Positions 12,627 through 29,700 of a stretch of DNA of 64,000 bases are shown here, in pieces. Below the pieces are notes generated by a model. That model had not been told where the DNA came from, made no database searches, and was given only the letters and a program-made list of their open reading frames with translations. This stretch comes from Eledone cirrhosa (Eukaryota): positions 193,998,001-194,062,000 of the forward strand of contig OZ024742.1 in assembly GCA_964016885.1 (NCBI GenBank). Reading direction: 5' to 3'. A program made the position numbers and the translations under genes. The first letter of the stretch is position 1, and the number at the start of each line of letters is the position of its first letter.

Positions 12627-12742
12627 GTGAGAGAGAGGGAGAGAGTGACAGAAATTCTGCGGTGCTGGGCCTTGGGAGACCACTAGTCCTAGCAGTTCTC
12701 AATGTCTGGGGAATTTCAGAAAGGGTATAGAGACATGTAAAA

Positions 12743-15700
12743 TGTTTGTAGAGTACTGATGATTCTTTTCTATCTTGAAGCTCTCGCCAGTGTTCATTTA
12801 ATCGTTCTGCTATACTACGAGCTATCTCTCCTATGTACACTATATTCTTATTTTACATTGTCCTTCAGTATATATTATGCTATACACTATATTTCTAGTT
12901 TACAGTTAATATGGGGGCTTAGTTTACAGATTGTGCATTTCTTATCTATACAGGGAGGTCTTTGAAAAGGGTATGTATTACTAATAACTATTTTTATGGA
13001 GGTACCTGGTCTTTCTACTATCTTAATATTTAGTTTTAGTTTATCTAGGGCCCTTCTAAATTTGTAAGCTAGTTCACCTCTAGGGGTTGTATTGATGAAC
13101 ATTACACTCTGGTATGTATTGCTATCATACCATGAGTTTATTATATTAACCTTATTCCGAGTTCTTTCTATTCTATTCCAAAATGTGCTCCTATACAAGG
13201 GGCATGTCCCATTTGTATCATTATTTAAATCCCGCCGAGGTTGACTTTGCCTTTCATCCATACGGTGTCGATAAAATAAAGTACCAGTCATGCACTGGGT
13301 ATTTGCTGGCCTTGTGCTTAAAGTAGAAACAATTATTTACCATTTTATTTCATTTGGTTCTGGCCCCTCTATATACTCTAAATTTATCTCTCTTATTAAA
13401 ACTGCATACGGTGGATGAAGTGTTGTATATGTCTCTTTAGTTCTTTGGGGTTGCACATGCGGAACACGTTTCTCATCACCCGTACTAAATCCGCAATCAG
13501 CATGTTGATTTTGGTGTGATACGAAACAGCTGAGTTTCGGTGGATCAGATATTTGGAAGTCATGTGTTTTGCATAATGGGAATGGAAGATTTGTTTTGTT
13601 GTTATTAATGGATTCTAACCAGCGCTCTGTGTCTAGTACAGGTAATCGATGGGTGGCGTGTTTGCTTGGGTAATCTATAGAAACTCTAATACTCTGGTGG
13701 ATGGAGTTAGCTATTTGCTGGATGCTTTCCATGGTGTTTTTCTCTAATTCCTGACTGTTCTCTAGTGGGGGTGTTTTTACAACGATGTTTATATCATCAA
13801 CGTAGCGAGAGTACAATATCAGAGTTAAGAGGTTGCTGTCTTCTAATTGTTCTTTAAGTTTATTGTCCCACCATACCATGAATAGCTTAGCTATGTCGCC
13901 TGCAATGCTAACACCAATGGCTGCTCCCTCTTCTTGGGCATATGTTTTTCCATTAAATTTGAACATATGTTCCTTAAGGGTTAGTTTTATACTGGCCCCC
14001 ACCGCATGTGCAATCATTTTCTTTAGTTCATCATGGTTTTTGGGGGTCCGTATGACTCTGGTCCACCCGTTCCATCTGTCTGTGTGGGTTTTATTGGCCA
14101 TTGAGGATATGGTAGGTGGTCTGCCTCTAGCTAGCCTTGTCGGGAAGAGGTTGCTAAGGCCATACGTATCTAGATAATCATTACTATGAGTAAGTTTAAG
14201 TATGAGTCCCAGCTCACTGGTATCAATCCCATGGAATTCAATATTGCCCTCACTGATCCTTTCTACGCATTTCTCCACAGCAAAATCCACGTTAATGGAT
14301 GGTTATAGGGACAAAACCTCCATACTACCTATTATACAGTCTGTTAGGTCCCTAGATCGGTTATTTTCGCTGATTTTGCTGAGGAGATCCTCCGTGCTGT
14401 CACATATATCCGGGGACATTTCAATGATCGGGCGTACGATCAGGGAGAGGAAGTAGGAAATTATGTAGTTACTAGCAATGTTAGCTCTACAGACTGGCCT
14501 TGTCTGTGGTCTTGTGACTGGATCACTTTTCATCTTATGGTCTTTTCGAAGTTCATACAATGCTGACACGTCATTGTTCCAGGCCTGGAAGTTGTTGGCA
14601 GTTTCTTTATTGGGCTGCATTATGTTTGTCCACATCATCATATGAGCGTTGAGGGTTTTCTCCCTATCCTCATGCTCTTGTGGTGTTACTTCTCTTGTGT
14701 TAGTGATGCGGGTTTGCATTGCCTGGATGTAGTTTGACAGACTGTCAACCGACATTCTTCTAGACTTGTCTGTTGGAAAGCATGCAATCTCTCCATTACG
14801 TGAGAGCTGCATGAGCTTACGCAAGCCATTTGCAGATTTTTCTCCCAGTTGCTTCTTGCTATACTGTTCTATAATATTTCTAAGATTAGATCTAGCTATA
14901 GTAAATTGTGGTTCTGTTTGTTCATCGACCTGTGACGGCAATTGCGTGCGTTTGTTAAAAGCTAAAGTCGTAGCGTGGATTCGTCGTAGATCGAAGGACA
15001 TATCGGAAGGGTTATAAGTAGAATTCCAGGCAGCTGTGTTATGTGTTCTATTGCTATTATTATTGCTAGTTATGCTGTTTCTATTTCCACCAGCAGCCTC
15101 ATGGTTGTTTCTATGTCTCTCCTTATTACTCCTGTCTCTTTCCTCTGGCTCATTGTTATTATCTACTCTATTTTTGTGTCTGTGTGTTCGTCTCTGTCAG
15201 TATCGATAGTCTCCCTTCTTCTTTCAATCCCATGACCGTCCCTTACCTCTGTGTTACTGTCATTATATTTTTATGTGTTTGTGTGTATGTTAAGATTGTG
15301 GCGGTGGTGAGAGGAATAGGATGCGTGTGTGTTGTTGTTGTTATTGTTGTTGGCTCTCTGTATTTTGTTATTGTTGTGTGTGTTGTTGTTATTATTGTTG
15401 ATTTTGCTGTTTGTGTCTGTGTGTCTGTTGTTGCTGTCTCTCTGTATGTTATTATTGTTGTTGTGTGTGTTGTTGTTGTTGTTATCGGTGTTTGTGTCTG
15501 TTGTTGTTGGGATGTGTGATGTGTGTGTGTGTGTGCGTATGTTGGTACTTTTTTTTGTTGTTGTTGTTGTTGTGGTTGGTTTTGAGGTCCCAACGTAATT
15601 TTGTAAATGATTTTTCTATTTCTGAGAAGCATCTTATCATATTTACCTTAATATATGTTGCATATTTAGGTGTTAGCTGTAATATGGATAGTTCATCTGG

Positions 15701-16150
15701 GTCTACTATAGTGTTGCCGTATATATTTGTTTTGTTGTTGTTGAATTCGTCCGCTAATGAGACGTCGGCCATGTTTATACCATCAATCCTATCTGGATAT
15801 TTATCTCTATTCTCTGAAGTTTCTTGGTTTCGTTTCGTATGTTTGAGTCATGTTCATTTCTTGTTAAAGTGTGTGTTGCATTCTTGGATGATATGCGTTT
15901 TATCTTCGAGTATAATGTTTATGTATTCTAATTTTTCTTTTTGTGTAGTGGCCTCAGTTATTTCGTGTATTAGGTTACGCTTATGTTTTTCTTGATGACT
16001 TAATTCTCTGTAAACAATCTTTTTTATGTTTAGAATTAGTGTTCGTTTTAGCCTATTTGCTTGTTTTTTGATAATTTGTAACCTTCTTACATCGGTGTTG
16101 ATGTAGATTTTATTTTTATTTCTATGTTCTCTAATTTGCCCTTATGTTAG
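12743..16150 (-). mobile_element. Penelope-like retroelement, family A, decayed (RT + C-terminal GIY-YIG)
   Basis: Fragments: TDKS and RPVCRAN (14303-15001), GAAIG and YSRYVDD (13337-14290), Cys linker CIDKKCTIC (12887-13291), YIGEIARSIAERLNEH (12743-12840). Confidence 0.9.
13229..13336 (+). mobile_element. 5'-truncated SINE inserted in PLE family A
   Basis: Absent from the homologous site at about 46620-46635; flanked by a duplicated attattta. Confidence 0.85.
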
Positions 16151-16154
16151 AGAA

Positions 16155-16882
<728 letters not shown>

Positions 16883-16893
16883 AACAGATTAAT

Positions 16894-16942
16894 GTTTAAG
16901 CAAAGAATCGCTGCTTTCACCCTTAACGGGATCTTCTGAAAC
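16894..16942 (-). ncRNA. Hammerhead motif with variant core CAGAAGA
   Basis: GTTT-CAGAAGA-tCCCgttaaGGGt-GAAA-GCAGcgattctTTGC-TT|AAAC. Confidence 0.6.
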
Positions 16943-17020
16943 TAACAAAGTCAATCTGTGAACGCAGAAGTGAATATTTCAAAAAACGTTGCAACCGGAT
17001 AAAGGCAGGAAGATGATACT

Positions 17021-17291
17021 TTGGTTCGTGGAAGCATTCCCTGGCAAAGAACGGGAAAAAACGAATATAATACGTCATTATTTGGAGCGGTGAAAAACAA
17101 TTAGACGCAAAGACAAAACCACGTTTATGGTATAAAAGAAGTCGTAGACTAATATTCCATTGGGTGGTTCATAGAGACGTTCTCTGGCAATGAACGAAAA
17201 AACGAAGATAATACGTCATATGTGGACCGGTGAGAACAATTGCACACAAAGACAAAACCACGTAAATGGTATAACTGAAGTCGTAGACTAA
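17021..17291. repeat. Diverged ~140-bp tandem duplication
   Basis: 17021-17152 and 17164-17291 share ctggcaa.gaacg, taatacgtcat, aaagacaaaaccacgt and gaagtcgtagactaa. Confidence 0.8.
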
Positions 17292-18436
17292 AATTATAAC
17301 TAGGAAACCGAATGATTCTCGGCTTCTGAGTTAAATAAATTCTAAATAAATTACAGATGTAATTGAAATTAAATAAATAAATACACGCATCCAAATACGT
17401 ACATACAGAAGTATACGCGAAAACACTCGCCATGGGTATACAAATACACGCACGTACAAAAAAAAACCCGCACGCACATACAGAACCCACGAAACGCCTG
17501 TACCTGCACGCATACGAATGTATACACCAAATACACATAAAAATATATCTTTATAAAAAATATATATATATGTGAATGTGTGTGCGTGTATACATAGAAT
17601 TAAATAAACGTATATAAATAAATAAACACGTATAAAAAAAGCGCACACACATACGTACATATAACTACACATGTGTTCGGAGACGTACGTCAACCAAAAC
17701 ACAATGTACACATATACACACACCCTACAACCGTACCAACCCGCATACACACACATACGAAAAACTCCAGTATACAAATAGCCAAAGCATATGTACCAGA
17801 ATATATAATATATACGCCATAACATATACAATCAAATATACGTACGAGAAAGTATACGTACTAACACATAACATACTGGTAATATATATTTACCTATACA
17901 AATAAGGAATGGTATAAACTTAACATATACTTAGCTACAACATCAAGACGTGAAATATCCGCGTATAGTTCGTACTATCCGTTAGGGTATAATGTGGGGC
18001 TCTAATACAGGAATGTTATGTGCAATTTATGTTTACAACCCGAAATTGCCTCAGATGTTTTGTTTAAGATGTGGTCTTTGGCATGGATAATTTTCAGGGC
18101 CTCAGCGACGCACAGGTCACATGGTCTTTTATTTCCGTTATACGATCTAGCCCACGCAAGGATTTCCCAGTGTAACTTATATTGCGTGTGGTTGTCTTTT
18201 AGACTCCAGATATAAACTGAAAGTGACGTCGTATTCCTTCTTAAAGGGTAACGAAAAGAATGGGTATGCATGTAAAGACGCTGCTTGAATCTATTGGCGG
18301 TTAACCCTATGTAGGCCCTACAGAGAATGATTATCTGTGTTTTCTTCGGAAAATATATTTATTCCATTCCAGAAACTAATTAGTTGGAAGTGATATTTTA
18401 GTAAGTAAGTTAATTTTATAATTTTCTTATCTTACG

Positions 18437-18687
<251 letters not shown>

Positions 18688-19089
18688 GTATATAGATATT
18701 CATTTTTTTTTTTATGAAGAGATAATCATACAAGTTCAACCTCTCTGACATATGAAGTCACGTTAGCAAATCATATTAAAATAACGTAAATATCAGGTCT
18801 TGTTTTCTACAGTTTGATTCACTTCTAGCATCATGGCGTTATTTCAATAGTGACAACATTTTGATAAGATTTTGATGAATAGACATAATATTGCATGTCT
18901 GATTCCTAAAACACTAAACATTCTGCCAAAAAGACAAAAATGTGGAAAGATTGATTCACACATATCAACAGTGTCAACAGAACGTTTGAGTTAACTATTT
19001 TCTATTTTTTTTCTTTATCTGTTTTCATTTTGTTTTTCTTCTCCTCCTCATTCTTTTACTTCTTCTTTTACTTCCTTTTCTGAGAGGAT

Positions 19090-19400
19090 CGTGTGTGCAG
19101 AGTCTTCAAGTATCTTTCTAGCAGTTAGTATCAGATGAATCCGTTTCCAGTTGATTATGGCAGTATCTTCTACTGAGCGAGGCCGATCCTAAGGATGTCA
19201 TCCAACCTTTTTGTTCGGAGTCTACCCTGAATCCCCTGCCTGTTGTTTTTTCCCGTAACATCTTTAGAGCGATTATTTGCTGGGGAATTTTAACGACATA
19301 CCCGTAGTATCGGAAATGAGATCACTTATATCGTAGAAGTAGCGATTCCCTGATTTTCTAGTTGCTCACCCTAACCTGTAACGTTACTACAAAGACAATT
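19090..19400 (-). mobile_element. RTE-like LINE 3' remnant
   Basis: Degenerate peptide HFRYYGYVVKIP and downstream residues typical of RTE ORF C-termini. Confidence 0.45.
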
Positions 19401-19432
19401 GGGAGGAATCCCATTCCGGCCGCTTATATTCG

Positions 19433-19890
19433 CTATCGTATACTTTCGGTTCTACTTATCCTGTCCACAGGAGTGTCATAGAAAGCCTGGCCAGATGTGG
19501 TTCCGCCACAGCTTAGCACATTGCTGTCCTTTCTCATGAAATTCTGCCACGTCCCTTCAGTGCAGGGCTGTTCCAGCAGGGCGCATACCAAGAGGTGTTG
19601 CGTAGTTTGTGGTTCGATGCCGCAGTCACACACAACATCCCCATCCTTTAAATATCCCCATTTTACAAGAGTGACTTTTGCACGACCAACAGCAGATCTT
19701 GAGGCTTTTCACCACTGCATAGTTAATATGTGCTCTAGGGACCAGTGCGTCGCTCGCCTTCAGTTCCATTGTTGCGGTCAAGTTAGGAACGTCCACGCCG
19801 CGGCCCTGGGAATATTGATAAGGTCGACAAGATCAATAAAATACTGCCTACTAATCCTATCACCACAACAAGCAACATTTATGAGCTAAC
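19433..19890 (-). mobile_element. Non-LTR retrotransposon 3' remnant with a C-terminal Cys/His knuckle (Ingi-like)
   Basis: RSAVGRAKVTLVKWGYL...CDCGIEPQTTQHLLVC. Confidence 0.65.
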
Positions 19891-21954
19891 TTTGGTCATT
19901 TCCCAAGAGTAATGGCCATAGGTACATGGCACGAATTCTGAATTGAAGATTGCAAGTTTAGCTTTCACACTTAACGCCCTTCTTCTGATTACCGAATGCT
20001 GAGGCTGGCACATTAGTGCACCAGCTCCTGCAATCCTTTAACATCTTTTGTTTACTCAGGTACTTCTTTGAATTTGGATGCAATAATATCTGCATATCTG
20101 GTCCTGGCATGCTTATCCATCCACCAACCCTTCCAATTTAATATTGATGAATAATATATCAGCAATTATTTCCATGTTGATTGATAGATTCCTTATTAGA
20201 AACGCAATTGAATAAATATAATAAGGATAATACTTTTATTCTTTTTCCTGGGGTGTGTTTATGTTATCTTGTATTTTAGCGAGATAGATATACCTTACTA
20301 CATCCACGCTATTATGCTCATTCTACAATACAAAATATCTACAGAAATCCACACTGCAGAACGAGAAATAGTTTATAAATGTTTATCTAATATTTATACA
20401 TAGATTGAAATATATGAATATGCATTTTATATGAGTATACATAAAGGTGCATTCTTTTATTCATTTACAGGTTTCAGTCATTAGATTGGTGCCTGAATGT
20501 ACACCATCTTTATGGGATTTAATCCATCATATAAAGCACGCCACTTATTTTTTAAGCCTGATAGATATTGTATGGAACATATACACAGAGTCTGGAAAAC
20601 GCACAAACACACACGAACATACCGTCACACATTTATACGCACACACGTTTTATATACACCAAACCTCATATTGATGTAAAAGTAACTTGCTGGATTTACC
20701 ATATATTGGGGCTGAGCTTGAATCCACGCAGTTATGAAGCAAACTGGTTAACCACATAAACATGCCTATGAATACATAGATACATGGCTTAGGAGAATTA
20801 AGTTCATGGTTTAAAATGTTATCTTCACAATGCATAACTGATTGAATATAGATGTACATGAGATCAGACAGCCTGTCCGAATGGTTAAAAAGTTTGCTTC
20901 GCAATGATTAGGTTCGGAGTGTGATGCCACTGAGTGTCTTCATTTACCATAGCTTCAGGCCGAACTCTGATTTTGATTGACATTGGTTATATAAAAAATA
21001 TTTGGAAGCCCGTCGGATGGACTATCTCAAATTCAAATGACCGGCCTTGTTACATACTCTCATTGTAAATCTCCATATGAATGACTTTATCTATAGTCAT
21101 GTCTGTGAAACGATTAGCCCCTTCCTCGATAATTTGACGTGTAGGCTATTTTTTAGATGGAAAGAATGGAACGCTCATCGTCCAAATCGACGCAAGGACA
21201 TTCCATTTCAATTAACATGGATATGTCTGATTCAAAAACATGAATTAATAATCATATAGAATAATTGAAAACTATCTAAGAATTTTAATTCTTTCTTGCA
21301 GCAATAATTAAAGGCTTTCTCCCCAGAATCAAACAAACGTGTATTGAAGTAGTACATTATATAACTACAGAATATTTAATGTTTAGGAAGAAACAATTAA
21401 GTAGAAAACAGGTTGGTTCAACCCGGCCTAAGTTAAAGGATTGAAACCAATAAAAAACATTGAATGATGTCAGCCCAGGAAGAAATGTTTAAACGGCAAT
21501 TCCTAAGACAAAATAAAGGGGAACTATAGAGACCAAATGATATTTGACTGTAGCTTTCCAGAAGTTAACAAAGCAAGGAATACTTAGATGTTGAGGAGAA
21601 ACAATGAATTACATTATGTCTGGTTGGCCTATTTCCGCCATGACAGAGCTATATGGTTTGCCAGCATTACGACATAGCGACATATATAAATCCCATTGTG
21701 TGATTGTTTAATCAATAGGTTCTTTGGCATGAGTTGTGACTCAGTAAGTAAAAGTGAAATTACAGCATCATAGCTTACAACTATATTATCAGTAATGTGC
21801 ATATATTCTGATTGAACAAATATATGTATCTACGTATGTCTGTGTGTATTGATATATACATACATATATACATATGTGTATGTGTGTGTGTGCGTACGCG
21901 CGTGTGTGTGTGTATATATATATATATGTATGTATGTATTTGTGCATCTATATT

Positions 21955-22097
<143 letters not shown>

Positions 22098-24210
22098 CCC
22101 ATACACATATACAAAAATGAATGTGTATGTGTTTATTGATCTTCCGATGCGACAAGGAGTGCTGCAATTAAGTCGATCAACAGAACAGACTGCAGTTGCC
22201 GATCATTCCAGACACGAGCACATGACGAGGAAGACTAAGTGTGACAGAGGGTGTGACAAGGCAGGCATTTTAATTACATGTGTATTAGAACAACGTGAGA
22301 TATTGTTTCTTACTCAAGGCAATAACGCACCATTGAGGAAAAACTCACTGACCTATGACCTGGAGCCAAACAGTGTAACCACCAAACTATACGCCTTCGC
22401 TCGCTTATATAGATAGGATTGTATAGATACGAATCTACTTTGGTCAATAGCACATTACTCTATTATTCAATATTCCAGTAGAACGTCAGTTTATGTTTTC
22501 TATAAGTGACTGGGATGCTCTCAATCAACCGTGTTCAATTTCTGGAGATATGCGTCTTGTGATTGATTTTATATAACAAATCTAGCAATATAACGAAATA
22601 TATCCCGAGAGACAGAAATAAAAGTGAGGGATCCCATTACTGTTCAGTACCTATTTATTGAAAAGAGCAAAATCAAATTGACCTACACATGATTTGAACA
22701 CCGAGTTCAAACAGCCGAAAACAAAAGTATTCTATCCGCGTATCTAACAGTTCTATCACAAGGCATGTGTAACAGCTGCTTCTAAGGCACAAGGTTTAAA
22801 ATAAGCATAAAAATAATAGTAATAATTACATGTATTCAGCAATCACTAGCATCTTTTTCGCTAATATTTTTTTCACTGAAAGAAAACGAATTTCTGTCAT
22901 TACATTTAACGTTATCTTTTTGTCGATTTCCACTCCTTTCTTTCATCCTTTCGGTATTGAGAAAATATCTGATTTGAAAATAAATAAATTCTTCTTGATT
23001 TGGGAAAATATTTTTGATTAACAAAATTTATCTGATTTCCATAAATGAATATATTTAAAATTTAAAATTCAATATTACATTGACGGGGAAACTTTAACGT
23101 CAAAATACACATATGGAATTTAGATATTATCATTTTTACTACAAGATAAGTATGAAGGAAGTTAAACATAATTCTGCAATTGAAATATAATTATGGTCAT
23201 TATTACTCCGAAATAAGTACATAGGAATCTGATTCTGTCCCTTACAAATGGAAAAAATAGTTGAATAATCTTAAAGAAGCTTGTAAATCTATAGGATTCA
23301 TAATCATCATTTAAAAGCACAGAGGAAAGCAAATAACTGCGTATACACTACATTATCCTAACAGATATAAGTATATACAATGTATATTTCCAATTAAAAG
23401 CAACAGAAAATACATTAAAAAGAAAATGGAAATAATTTTCAGTGAATATTTTTTACATTTGCTTAACAAGCGAAAAGCAGTCGCCATTTAGTCCTAGAGC
23501 GGAAACAATCAAAGGTGTTGTAATACTTTCAACATTTCACCTCTTTGTATTTACATTTTTGATGTCAATAAAATATTTGTGTCGGTGCATTCAACTTCTC
23601 TTTTCTAAACACCACCTCACTATCGCTCTCAAACGCCTACACTGAAACACCAACATTTCCTACCCGTTAACAAATCTCCAACGAACATTTAAAAATCATT
23701 TTTTTTTCTTTTACAAATCCTTCAGATTTCCTCTAAAAATCCTCTAAACTTAAATAAATCCTCTAAACCTAAACAAAAATAATAATTTATCTGCATTTTT
23801 ATGAATGTAATTTAAATCTCTCTTCGTGTGTAAGTATGTAGACATAGATATCTATATCTATCTATCTATCTCTATATATATATACATCAAGTATGTATGC
23901 ATATATGCCACACATGAGATATGTTATTTAATAAGGAAACATACATAATGATTTAAGCCTGCGTGTACGTTTAAATTGGGTAAAGTCACCTGCATTTATA
24001 CGATATTTTAAATAGGATATACTTAATTACCTCGTACTTTTCCTTGAACATATGTGTTGTGTATTGGATCTTGGATTTAAAGTTAATGATGTCATATATA
24101 TATATGAATTGAGATTGAATTATTTTCCCATATCTTACGTTATATATTTTCCATCTTGACGTAATAGTCACTTATATGTATTAAATACTTGCTCACATTA
24201 TTTTCTCTAT

Positions 24211-25366
<1,156 letters not shown>

Positions 25367-25369
25367 TAA

Positions 25370-25435
<66 letters not shown>

Positions 25436-25517
25436 CGAAGGAGTTGTGGTAAGGAACCACATGGATCATAGCGCACCAGAGTACTCAATACTTAGGGTAG
25501 TAGAGTGGGTCATACAT

Positions 25518-25589
<72 letters not shown>

Positions 25590-25641
25590 AGTGAGTGATA
25601 GAGAGTAACTTATCAATGGATATTTACATCTCGTTTTGATC

Positions 25642-25711
25642 TTTGTCTGAGGAGAACACGTAGAGCAGCTGTTATTCAACTGCCATACGTCTTTGAAATA
25701 CGTATAACAAA
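25642..25711 (+). ncRNA. Type I hammerhead ribozyme with long stem II
   Basis: TTTGT-CTGAGGA-GAAcACGTAgaGCAGcTGttattCAaCTGCcaTACGTcTTT-GAAA-TACGTA-TA|ACAAA; palindromic stem III ATACGTAT. Confidence 0.85.
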
Positions 25712-25761
25712 ATAAAAAAGATGTACAAATGAAACAGTATTTCTTATTTATTTTTATAATA

Positions 25762-26065
25762 TATATATCAAAGAAGAAATTAAAAGATGGTTAAAAATGT
25801 TCCATTTATTTTATTATGCGCATTTCGAAAACAACATCATCCTGGGACAAAAATTGTATTCTCATCAGATAAAATAAGTTAACATGATATGAGGCCTAAA
25901 AACACTTGTGAACAAGTGTTTCTAGGTCTCATATCATGTCATGTTACATTATTTTATCTGATGAGAACACAATTTTTTTCCCGAGGATGATGTTGTTTTC
26001 GAAATGCGCATGATAAAATATATGGAACTTTTTTAATAATCTTTTAATTTCTTCTTTAATATATA
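25762..26065. repeat. Diverged ~300-bp palindrome with an HHR in each arm (25807-25876 minus; 25950-26020 plus)
   Basis: Centre acttgt-ga-acaagt. Motif TATTTTAT-CTGATGA-G...C-GAAA-TGCGCA-TH|ATAAAATA; the minus copy has AUA, the plus copy has non-cleavable AUG. Confidence 0.8.
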
Positions 26066-26149
26066 CTCCAGTTCTACCTTTGTTGAGTGCTACTTATCTG
26101 ATATATGCATAGTTTTATTGTTCTACAATATTACTCACCTCCTACATAC

Positions 26150-26310
26150 ACCATGCTTTGCAGTATAGAGTTATGGCCCTTCACGTTCTCAATTAATTTG
26201 CCACCAATGTTAACTTTGCCTTTCATACTTAAAGGGTCGATAGAATAAAGTACCAGTAATGCACTGGAATTAATGCTGCCCTTGTGCCAAAAGTAGAAAC
26301 AATTGTTATC
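26150..26310 (+). mobile_element. SINE copy
   Basis: Same family as 12119-12312. Confidence 0.75.
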
Positions 26311-26779
26311 ATCATTGGTGGTCGGCAAGAGTAGAAGTGTATTTGGAAGCTCCATGAGTTGCTGAATTTGAGTTGTTTTCTTAATTTGTATTTGCTAATT
26401 CTTGTTGCTAAGAGTCGTAAGACTTCCTTCTGTTCCCTGTGAAGGGGAGACGCTATAATATTTGGGCCTTTTGGCCTAAATATTTTAACTTTGTTTTTAA
26501 AAATATATTTTTCTCGAAAAAACAATGGCTGAGCCATGCCCCCAGTTTTAAGTCCTGTCGTGTGACAGCTGCTTAAAAGTTCAGAGTGCGGATACCGCAG
26601 ACACAACTTGCACTATTGCTAACACAAGTAAACAAATATTTAATACAAACACAACATGCAACAACACATGTAACAACACCACAACCAAAATAAACAAAGA
26701 CAGCAACAGTGAGAACACTATCAGTTTAACAGTGATAACCAAATCTCAGATCAAACCTGAAGAACTAAAGCAAATCCCG

Positions 26780-29700
26780 GAGTAGATCCCTTCCAAAACG
26801 AGACGGTTCTACAAGTAATGGTTCAGGGCAAAAGGCCGCACTGTTTCGGTTGCGGCGAAACAACATAGTTGCAAGCCTTCTGCCCTCAGCTACTAAAAAA
26901 TGCAACGGGTCAAAAGTATCCGCTGATGCCGATGCCGGGTCTTCAACAACAACTGTAACAGCCAAAATCAACACCACCTGCACCAAATTCTTCAGCTGCA
27001 GCACCAGCGACAGCACCGGCAAAACCAACAATACCACCGGCAACGGCCGCAGAAACACCACAACCTACAACAACTGCAAAGACCACCAAGACAAACCAGG
27101 GGCCACTCCAAAGAAGCTCTCCCGCTCCCCCTCTCAAACACACACACCCACTTACATCTGAGACACACACAGAAACCTCTTCATCTCTGAGCGAAGATGA
27201 GAAGAAACACCAAAACGCTAAAAAAAAAAAAAAATAGAAAACTCAAGAAATCTCACACACCAACACAAACAACAGCAAACAAAGAAGACACATTCGCACC
27301 AAACATAAACACACATACAACACCCACTTTACAACAACCCATCTCCACCAACAACACAACCACTAACACAAACAACTAAAAGAAAGCACACAATACAACA
27401 ACTCACAACCACAACAACACTTAACTTAGTTACAAAATCGAACGAAAAATTACTGAACCTCATAATATGAAGCAAGGAAATAGAGAAAGAGGGCGAGGCG
27501 TTTAGCACTGCACCTTCAAAGTGCCACAAACAATGTTACTGGTTAGGGTGCCATTAGACAATTATAAAACAATTAGGGAGAGCTTCCCTAACGACGTGGG
27601 AACACCCAGTGTAAAAGCCTAAATTAGGCTTTTAAAGGAATCCCACCAACCAAGCATGGAAGTCAAACCACCCGCCTCCAACATCATCCTGAGGGTAAGT
27701 AACCCTCTCTTTCTCGTTTTTCTTAACAACATGGGGGTGTTAAGAGTGGGATACATAAATGTTCGTGGCCTGGGGTCGGCCTGGAAGCAAGGCTGCTTGC
27801 TCAACGACCGTCAGGGAGACCAGGATTTCCGACACGCGCACATTAGCTCATATTTTTGAAGACTTTGAGATCTACGCATCTCTTAGTAAACTGAAATGGG
27901 AGGCAGGGTGTCAGCGCTGTTTAGGAAAGGCCTGGGTCTCGAGGTACGAACAATCTAGCTGGACCCGGACGGTAAGCTGGCGGTTCTAGATGTGAACAAT
28001 AGTGATGGTTGTGCTTTTAGAGTGGGGCAGGACGGCCAGATTTCTTTAGGCGTATGGAAGTCTTTCTAGGAACAGAGCGCCCTTTAGCGGGGGAATGGAA
28101 CATCTTCTTGTACACACGCTGGGACTATGTGGGAATAGCTGATGGAAGTGGGGGTGCAAAAAACTCAAAAACCTGATCAGCTAGTTTCAACTTTCAAACA
28201 GCTATGGACAAGATTTCCCTAATGCGCCAGTGAGGACTTGGAGAATTACATACGTCCGCCTATTCAGACCACAAGTTTGTGATCAGCATGGTCGATCTAC
28301 ATAGAACACGTAGAGAGACACCCGGTTATAAGAAGATAACGCCATGTTTGCGGCACGTAAAGTCTACAGTAACCGGATTAGAAAATTAGTTAATCTGCTG
28401 TTGACAGCAGCTGGTGGTGGGTCTCTCTCAAGAGAGCAATTAGAGCAGAATCCATAGCATTCAGTAAAGAAGTAGCGAAAGGAAAAAGTAAAACGGAAGG
28501 GGGGTTAGTAACTAAATTAGATGCGGCGATTAGGAATGGCATTGCAACCGACGTGTTAGCTGCGACAATGGTACTAGAACATTTCTTCAATGTGAAGCAC
28601 GAAGTCTCTGGATTGTCAGAGCTAAGGCCCGTGCTCTAAGAACCGAGGGAACGAAAGCTGTTCGATGGGCCCGAGTGCTGGAGGCAGAGCGTGGTAACAA
28701 AACCACAATTCGGCTTTGACAGACCGAAACGGACACGAGTTGAACGATTCCTGGCGGATGTGTGAGGCCTTTCGCCAGCACTTTGCTCGGCTGTTCGGTG
28801 GAAGCTAGGAGTCAGAGACGGTGACGAATGTCAGTAACTACGGTTTCCCGCGTCTCTCACTGGCCGATGATGGGCGCTTCGAAAGGCTGATAACTCTGGC
28901 CGAAATTCGGGATCTCCTAGTCGGCTGCGTGTGGCACAAGTCACCCGGTTTTCATGGTGGTCTGCCGTACGAGCTTTACGTAGACATGCCAAGCTTCTTC
29001 TCTTATCTCCTCGAAGTGCTCTACTGCAACTGGTAGCAGAACGGGAGTATTCCCAGTTCTGTGAACTGGGGCGTAGTGATGCCGATGAGGAAAGACGAGA
29101 ACAAGAGAGATACTTTAGATAATTTCAGGCCCATAATTCTACTCAACACAGAGTTTAACATTTTGGACAATGAGTTAGCGGAGAGGTTGGTGCCTAGCGT
29201 TGAAGATTTGGTTGGGGAGGCGCACAATTGCGTAATCTCGACCAGGTCATACACGACAACCTCTACCTCATGTGATACATGATACAGTGGGTAGGGTGTA
29301 AACCTGGCTTCGGTGGGGCTCTAATCGATAAAGGTCAATTGAAAGATTTCGATAGAGTCGACAATCGATACCTGGAGGCTGTCCTCAAGGCGGCTGAATT
29401 CGGTGCCGTCTTCAAAGACTTAATCGCTGCAATGCACAGAGGCATCTGCTCGGTGGTCAACGTTAATGACCACCTTTAGGAACCGTTTCAGATCTTCCGT
29501 TTGGTCAAGGATGCCCTCTTTCCTGCCTTCGGTACGTATTTACTCTCGAGCCTTTACTGCGGCTAGCTGGAGCTGTTGCAGGGCACCCCACTCCAACAGG
29601 GACGCGGAAGCGCTGTGTCGGCATACACGGACGATATCACCGTGATTCTGTTGAACAATTCGTAAAGCGAGGTTGTCGGCACCTTATCGGAGGAATATGA

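Noticed and set aside
15184-15995. Cys/Val/Leu/Thr-rich ORFs suggesting a membrane or metallothionein-like protein
   Set aside because: Low-complexity (GTT/GT)n region inside PLE family A; homologous to about 47090-47460.
20470-21750. Possible host exons (ttacag acceptor at 20470; gtaagt donor at about 21744)
   Set aside because: No consistent open frame or recognisable domain.
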